Below, in pieces: positions 52,123-56,288 of a stretch of 56,288 nucleotides of DNA. The translations under genes and the position numbers were made by a program. Under the pieces are notes generated by a model, which was not told the origin of the DNA, ran no database searches, and was given only the letters and a program-made list of their open reading frames with translations. Source of the stretch: a virus (Duplodnaviria > Caudoviricetes); IMG/VR virus record IMGVR_UViG_3300032893_000058, positions 1-56,288 of that record, one strand, 5' to 3'. Position 1 is the first letter of the stretch. Each line of letters opens with the position of its first letter.

Positions 52123-52683
52123 TTATTGTCGTGCTTTCCAGCACTCTATGACCGTGTTGAACATGGTATCTTGCGCCTCACCGAAGTCGCCGGGGTGCGC
52201 GTCTTGCCGCTTGATCGTCTCGATCTTGGTCGTCTTGTTGCCGGGCGCTGGCACGTAGGTCGCATGACCAAGGGCGCCCGTCTCAAAGATGACCGGGTTG
52301 CGGAAGCACAACGCCCGTACGACGTTCGCCGGCACGTTGACGGCGCGCGTGATGAGATCGTCGCCATCCGGGATCGACACTTCATGCATGACCGGGTCCC
52401 AGTCCGAAGGCTGAAAACCGCCAACGAAGTCGACCTTCTGCGGGTTAAGGTAGCCGGCGAAGATCGGCGCTGCGCCTGCGCCGAGGCTGGCGCCGACGAT
52501 GCCGCAAAATCCGACGAAACGGTGTAAAAAATCGTAAGTCTTCTGGCTGTCGGTATGTTGCACCAAGATCGTCTCGATTCCTTCCTTACTGAGGCGTTGC
52601 TGAAATGCGGGTAGATTGATCGGATCAGCCGCGGCGCCGAACTGCCCGAACACGACCGAAACGCGTGCAGGGACGAGGGTCAT
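52123..52683 (-). CDS. Small alpha/beta hydrolase
   Basis: Nucleophile elbow IVGASLGAG; C-terminal His (DAHPG). Confidence 0.65.
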   Translation of the reverse strand: MTLVPARVSVVFGQFGAAADPINLPAFQQRLSKEGIETILVQHTDSQKTYDFLHRFVGFCGIVGASLGAGAAPIFAGYLNPQKVDFVGGFQPSDWDPVMHEVSIPDGDDLITRAVNVPANVVRALCFRNPVIFETGALGHATYVPAPGNKTTKIETIKRQDAHPGDFGEAQDTMFNTVIECWKARQ

Positions 52684-53558
52684 TGCGTTACTCCCTGATG
52701 TTGCTTCATTGCCGCGGTAAGTGCGGCGTCGGTCTTTTCCCCGAACAGCCCGTCCGGCACCAGCTTATTGAACCGCTGGAATGAGCGCACCGCTTCACGC
52801 GTCCGGCGCCCATACGAACCGTCCACCTTCAACGCGTCGGCCGCCGGCAGATAGCAGGTGTTAAGTGCCTGCTGCACCCAGCGCGTGTCATGCGGCCCGA
52901 TCACCGAGACGCCGACTGCCGGGCCGCCGACGCCATGCGGTAACGGTTGCGGCGGCGGGACGATGGCAAGCGTGTCATGTGCCGGTAAATTATCAAACGC
53001 AAGATCGGGCCGCAACGCGATCAGCCGGCGCATCACCGGAATGATGCCAAGCTGCTTGTCGGTTTCCCGCGCGTCCCATTCGTTGTCGGCCACATATTTT
53101 CCGCGCACGTATAGGCTGGTGCCGGACCATAAATAACCGGTGCGGATGCCGTGACTGCGCGGGCCAAACCCGTTCCACGCTTCGCCCTTCCAGCACACAT
53201 AAGACCACGACCATGGCGCCGAATTGTCGTCCAGGTGATCGTACCGAATGTAAAAGATGTCGGCGTCGAACTTGGACGACCATGGCCCCTTGCCGCGCGG
53301 CACGTTGCGCGATACTCGATTCCATGGATCGCCCTGTCCGATGGCGCAGTGCGGGTTGGCATCATCCTCACGCTGATCGAGCGCTGCCAGGAACGCCGCC
53401 GGCACCTTAACCACTTCCTGCTCGCGCAGATATAAGTCCATCTTGGGCAACAGCGACTGCGCCACCTTGTCTACTTCGATGGGGCGCGTTACTTTCATTG
53501 CCGCGAGATCGGCTTCGTATTCGGGGCGCAGGACTTGATATGGGTGCTGCATGGTCAT
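52680..53558 (-). CDS. Endolysin (lysozyme-like) with C-terminal peptidoglycan-binding domain
   Basis: RE...GQGDP...VPRGKGP...E.WNG.G...YLWSGT..Y..GKYVAD...D.QLG; PG-binding VDG.YG..T..AV..FQ....L..DG..G..T. Confidence 0.85.
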   Translation of the reverse strand: MTMQHPYQVLRPEYEADLAAMKVTRPIEVDKVAQSLLPKMDLYLREQEVVKVPAAFLAALDQREDDANPHCAIGQGDPWNRVSRNVPRGKGPWSSKFDADIFYIRYDHLDDNSAPWSWSYVCWKGEAWNGFGPRSHGIRTGYLWSGTSLYVRGKYVADNEWDARETDKQLGIIPVMRRLIALRPDLAFDNLPAHDTLAIVPPPQPLPHGVGGPAVGVSVIGPHDTRWVQQALNTCYLPAADALKVDGSYGRRTREAVRSFQRFNKLVPDGLFGEKTDAALTAAMKQHQGVTQ

Positions 53559-56288
53559 TGCCAAGTTGTACTCGACATTGCACTTTGTAAGTATGACACG
53601 CCTTGCGTACCATAAAAGGTGCAGCCGGTGGTGGTGCTGGAAAATTCCAAGGCCGCCAGCGTATGAAAGCCTAACGGAGCGACGCCTTCATAGCGGCCCA
53701 CTACCTGGGTAAATTGCCCAACAAACGAACTGAACAGGAATGCGCCACTGGGCGCCGTCGTGCTGTCCAACCCGACGCCGACGGAACAATTGGTAGCAGT
53801 TCCCGCTGCCGTTTCGCCGTTGTACACCGCATCGATGGCGTCTTCTGACACGCCCTCCAAAAATTGAGTTTGCATACCGGCCGAAGCATTAACTTGGTGC
53901 CAGGAAGCAGTATTCCAGGTCCAACTGGCGGCATTATCGCCGACCATCGTCTTGATCGAAACGCGATTGTAATAATTATACAGTGCATAAAGCCCAGCTG
54001 TGGCATGGCCCCCCGACGTGCCTATCGCGCCGAATGTAAAGCTAGTCTGGCCGTTGGCCGTCGCGTATAATGAACCAAGATAAGTACCTTGGTCAGCCGC
54101 AACAGTGCCGAAATCGGTCGTCCCGCTGGCACCGCCATAACAATGTGTCAGCGAATTCTGGTTAGTCAGGAACCCCACAGTCATATTGACGTGAATTTGC
54201 GTCGTGCCGGCACCCGTGCCACGCGTGCTGGTGGTGCTCCACGCCGGACCGGCGCAGATCGCGAGCGTTCCTGAATTGTTGATCGCGAATACGTCATAAA
54301 CGCTGCCGCTGGCAATGTGCGGCGTGACGGCATCCAACCCCATCGAAATTTCGCAACTGCCGATGGCCAGGAACGTTGCCTGAGTGCCGTTGTACACCGC
54401 GACGTTCGGACCTTTATAACAATCTAAGAAGACCGTGGTCTTGGCCGATTGCGTGGTGGTCATGACCGGCGTAGCACTCTGCAGCGTCAACCGGCCTTGA
54501 CTTGCCGACAAGTTGCTCAGGACCCAGGCGGGCAGGCCGCCGGAATTTCCCAATACTTGACCTGCGCTGCCAACTGCTAGGCGCGCAAGATGCGTGCCTG
54601 AATCGCGATAATAAGTGTCGCCGGTCGCATCGGAACCTAGCGACATCGTCACTGTGCCGAGCGTGTCGGTATTTGAGGTAATGGTCTTGTTCGTCAGCGT
54701 GTCTGTCGTTGCTTTACCAACCAGCGTGTCCGTGGCCGCAGGGAACGTCAGCGTGCCGCTCGCTGTGGCGCTAGCGTTCAGCGTGGTCGAGCCACTGGAC
54801 GACCCGTTCAAAATCAAATCGCTGGAATTAAAACTCTGCGCCGCGGACCACGTCTGCGCCAGATTAAGTTCTGCAACGATGCCGGTGTTCGCAGGCAACG
54901 TTGCCGTTCCGCTTGCCGTGGCGCTGGCATTCAACGTCGTCGAGCCGCTAGACGAACCGTTCAAAACCAGGTCGCTGGAATTGAAGCTCTGCGCCGCGGA
55001 CCAGGTCTGAGCGAGATTTAATTCGGCGATTATGCCGGTGTTGGCTGGCAACGTTGCCGTACCACTGGCAACCGCAGTGGCATTCAGTATAGTGTTACCC
55101 GAGGAAGAACCGCCCAGGAACAGATTATTGGAGGCAATGACGATGTTTGAGCCGTTGCTCGTCACCCCGGCCACGCAGCCAAAGGCGCCGGCGGCGTTGT
55201 ATTGCAGCGAAAGAGCCGTAGTTGTACACGGCGTACCTGAACCGCCACTGACGTTGGTCCAACTCATCACGCCAGCCGTGGTCGAAGTCAGCGAATAACC
55301 ATTGCCGGCCGGCGGCGCCGCGGGCAACGTATAAGTGCCGCTGACGGTGGTGGGGGTGGCAAACGAAACTGAGCCGCTGTTTGCGTACAACGTCAGCGAC
55401 TGCGTCGTAAGCATTTTCTTATTATCCAGGTAATAGCCCATGGCATTACCCAGATTGTTGGTTCCGTTGCCGCACATATTGATCGTGCTGGGGCCTTGAT
55501 CGGCCATCGTCACGCCGCCACTCGGCAACGCAAACTGGCCGCAATGCGCCGTAATACCGCCAGTTTCTTCACCCGCCATCAGACCAGAGCGAATTTCAAA
55601 GCGTGGCACGACCGAAGGGACCGACAGTGCCTGCGTATCGATACCCACGGTCGAGAAGATTTGTGCGGCTTTTACGTCCTTATAGCTATTACCAGCCGTA
55701 CCGACTGACACAATCTTGTTTAGCCACTGGGTGTAGCCAAATTCCAGTGTCGTGTTACCGTTGAGCGCGAAGGCGTTGATGCCCAGCAGATAGTCACCCG
55801 ATTGTTGCGTACGTGCAGTGTTTACTCGATAGTAGGAGAGAACCGGCCCCACATCAAGCGTTGTCCCATACGGAATGGGCGTGATATCGGCGGAGAAAAT
55901 TTCCTGGAAGTTGCTGTTAGAGAAACAGCCGGTATTAAGCTTTGGCGCCCCGACAGGGCAATTGTTGGGCGGCCCTGCAGGACCAGGTAAGCCGGTCTGA
56001 TCCAGATAACTAGATGATACAATGGGAAAATCCTTCGAAGTAGTCCAGAAATCGAAGCTACCCGCCCCCGAGCGCTTCATCACGCCTTTATAGGCAATAA
56101 TGTCTGTATTAGTCGCAGGCGGGCCGCCAAAATGAGCGCTCGTCACGATTTCTGCCAGGGCCTGTGTGCCTGCCGATGCCTGGGCCGTACAGCCCGTGCC
56201 GCCTTCCTGTGCGCTCGTTAGCGCCCCTGTGCTCGTGTTGACGAAAATACAATAAGAGCCGTTGGAACCTGAACTTGACGCCGTCAAC
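53555..56288 (-). CDS. Long tail fibre, 3' part (continuation of 2058->1)
   Basis: In frame with the 5' part through the 127-bp overlap; Ser/Thr/Gly-rich; GRLTL.S.TPV.T...YN.YNRV C-terminal fibre domain. Confidence 0.9.
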   Translation of the reverse strand, partial: LTASSSGSNGSYCIFVNTSTGALTSAQEGGTGCTAQASAGTQALAEIVTSAHFGGPPATNTDIIAYKGVMKRSGAGSFDFWTTSKDFPIVSSSYLDQTGLPGPAGPPNNCPVGAPKLNTGCFSNSNFQEIFSADITPIPYGTTLDVGPVLSYYRVNTARTQQSGDYLLGINAFALNGNTTLEFGYTQWLNKIVSVGTAGNSYKDVKAAQIFSTVGIDTQALSVPSVVPRFEIRSGLMAGEETGGITAHCGQFALPSGGVTMADQGPSTINMCGNGTNNLGNAMGYYLDNKKMLTTQSLTLYANSGSVSFATPTTVSGTYTLPAAPPAGNGYSLTSTTAGVMSWTNVSGGSGTPCTTTALSLQYNAAGAFGCVAGVTSNGSNIVIASNNLFLGGSSSGNTILNATAVASGTATLPANTGIIAELNLAQTWSAAQSFNSSDLVLNGSSSGSTTLNASATASGTATLPANTGIVAELNLAQTWSAAQSFNSSDLILNGSSSGSTTLNASATASGTLTFPAATDTLVGKATTDTLTNKTITSNTDTLGTVTMSLGSDATGDTYYRDSGTHLARLAVGSAGQVLGNSGGLPAWVLSNLSASQGRLTLQSATPVMTTTQSAKTTVFLDCYKGPNVAVYNGTQATFLAIGSCEISMGLDAVTPHIASGSVYDVFAINNSGTLAICAGPAWSTTSTRGTGAGTTQIHVNMTVGFLTNQNSLTHCYGGASGTTDFGTVAADQGTYLGSLYATANGQTSFTFGAIGTSGGHATAGLYALYNYYNRVSIKTMVGDNAASWTWNTASWHQVNASAGMQTQFLEGVSEDAIDAVYNGETAAGTATNCSVGVGLDSTTAPSGAFLFSSFVGQFTQVVGRYEGVAPLGFHTLAALEFSSTTTGCTFYGTQGVSYLQSAMSSTTWQ
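54750..55120. repeat. Tandem 153-bp (51-aa) repeat, about 2.4 copies, in tail fibre
   Basis: LNA.A.ASGTATLPANTGI.AELNLAQTWSAAQSFNSSDL.LNGSSSGSTT repeated; anchors at 54774, 54927 and 55080. Confidence 0.9.
56162..56288. repeat. Terminal direct overlap (copy 2)
   Basis: Identical to 1-127. Confidence 0.95.

Noticed and set aside
53555-56288. Diversity-generating retroelement acting on the fibre
   Set aside because: No reverse transcriptase and no template/variable repeat pair differing only at adenines was seen.
1-56288. tRNA genes, integrase or repressor
   Set aside because: None recognised by eye; tRNAscan and HMM searches would be needed to exclude them firmly.

Overview
The window is a complete, circularly assembled dsDNA phage genome. 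Bases 1-127 are identical to 56162-56288, so the unique length is about 56,161 bp. It is GC-rich and podovirus-like, with P22/Bcep22-type portal, coat, gp4/gp10-like and ejection proteins. The host is probably an alphaproteobacterium of the Rhizobiales/Bradyrhizobiaceae type (GcrA-like gene, CTTGAC promoters). Two divergent arms start at about 5.1-5.7 kb, around a large symmetric inverted repeat. The + arm (5.6-29.6 kb) carries primase-helicase, PolA, SSB-like protein, SNF2 and UvrD helicases, two adenine MTases (one split by an IS1595-family element) and a PurZ-type/HD-hydrolase/MazG-like cluster suggesting a 2-aminoadenine (Z) genome. The - arm carries a NusG-like factor, TerS, tail-fibre, lysis, packaging, head and ejection genes. 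No integrase or repressor was recognised. Main observations: (1) four consecutive genes, three of them tail-fibre/appendage-like and including a 1554-aa fibre crossing the assembly origin, all begin with Sec-type signal peptides, and the two largest are rich in paired cysteines, suggesting periplasmic, disulfide-dependent maturation of virion parts; (2) a PurZ0-like Z pathway with a PolA whose motif B is unusual; (3) a covarying H-type pseudoknot repeated four times before head genes; (4) a circularly permuted class-3 lipase in the lysis cassette; (5) early promoters that lack the -11 adenine. All family assignments are from motif recognition by eye, not database searches.
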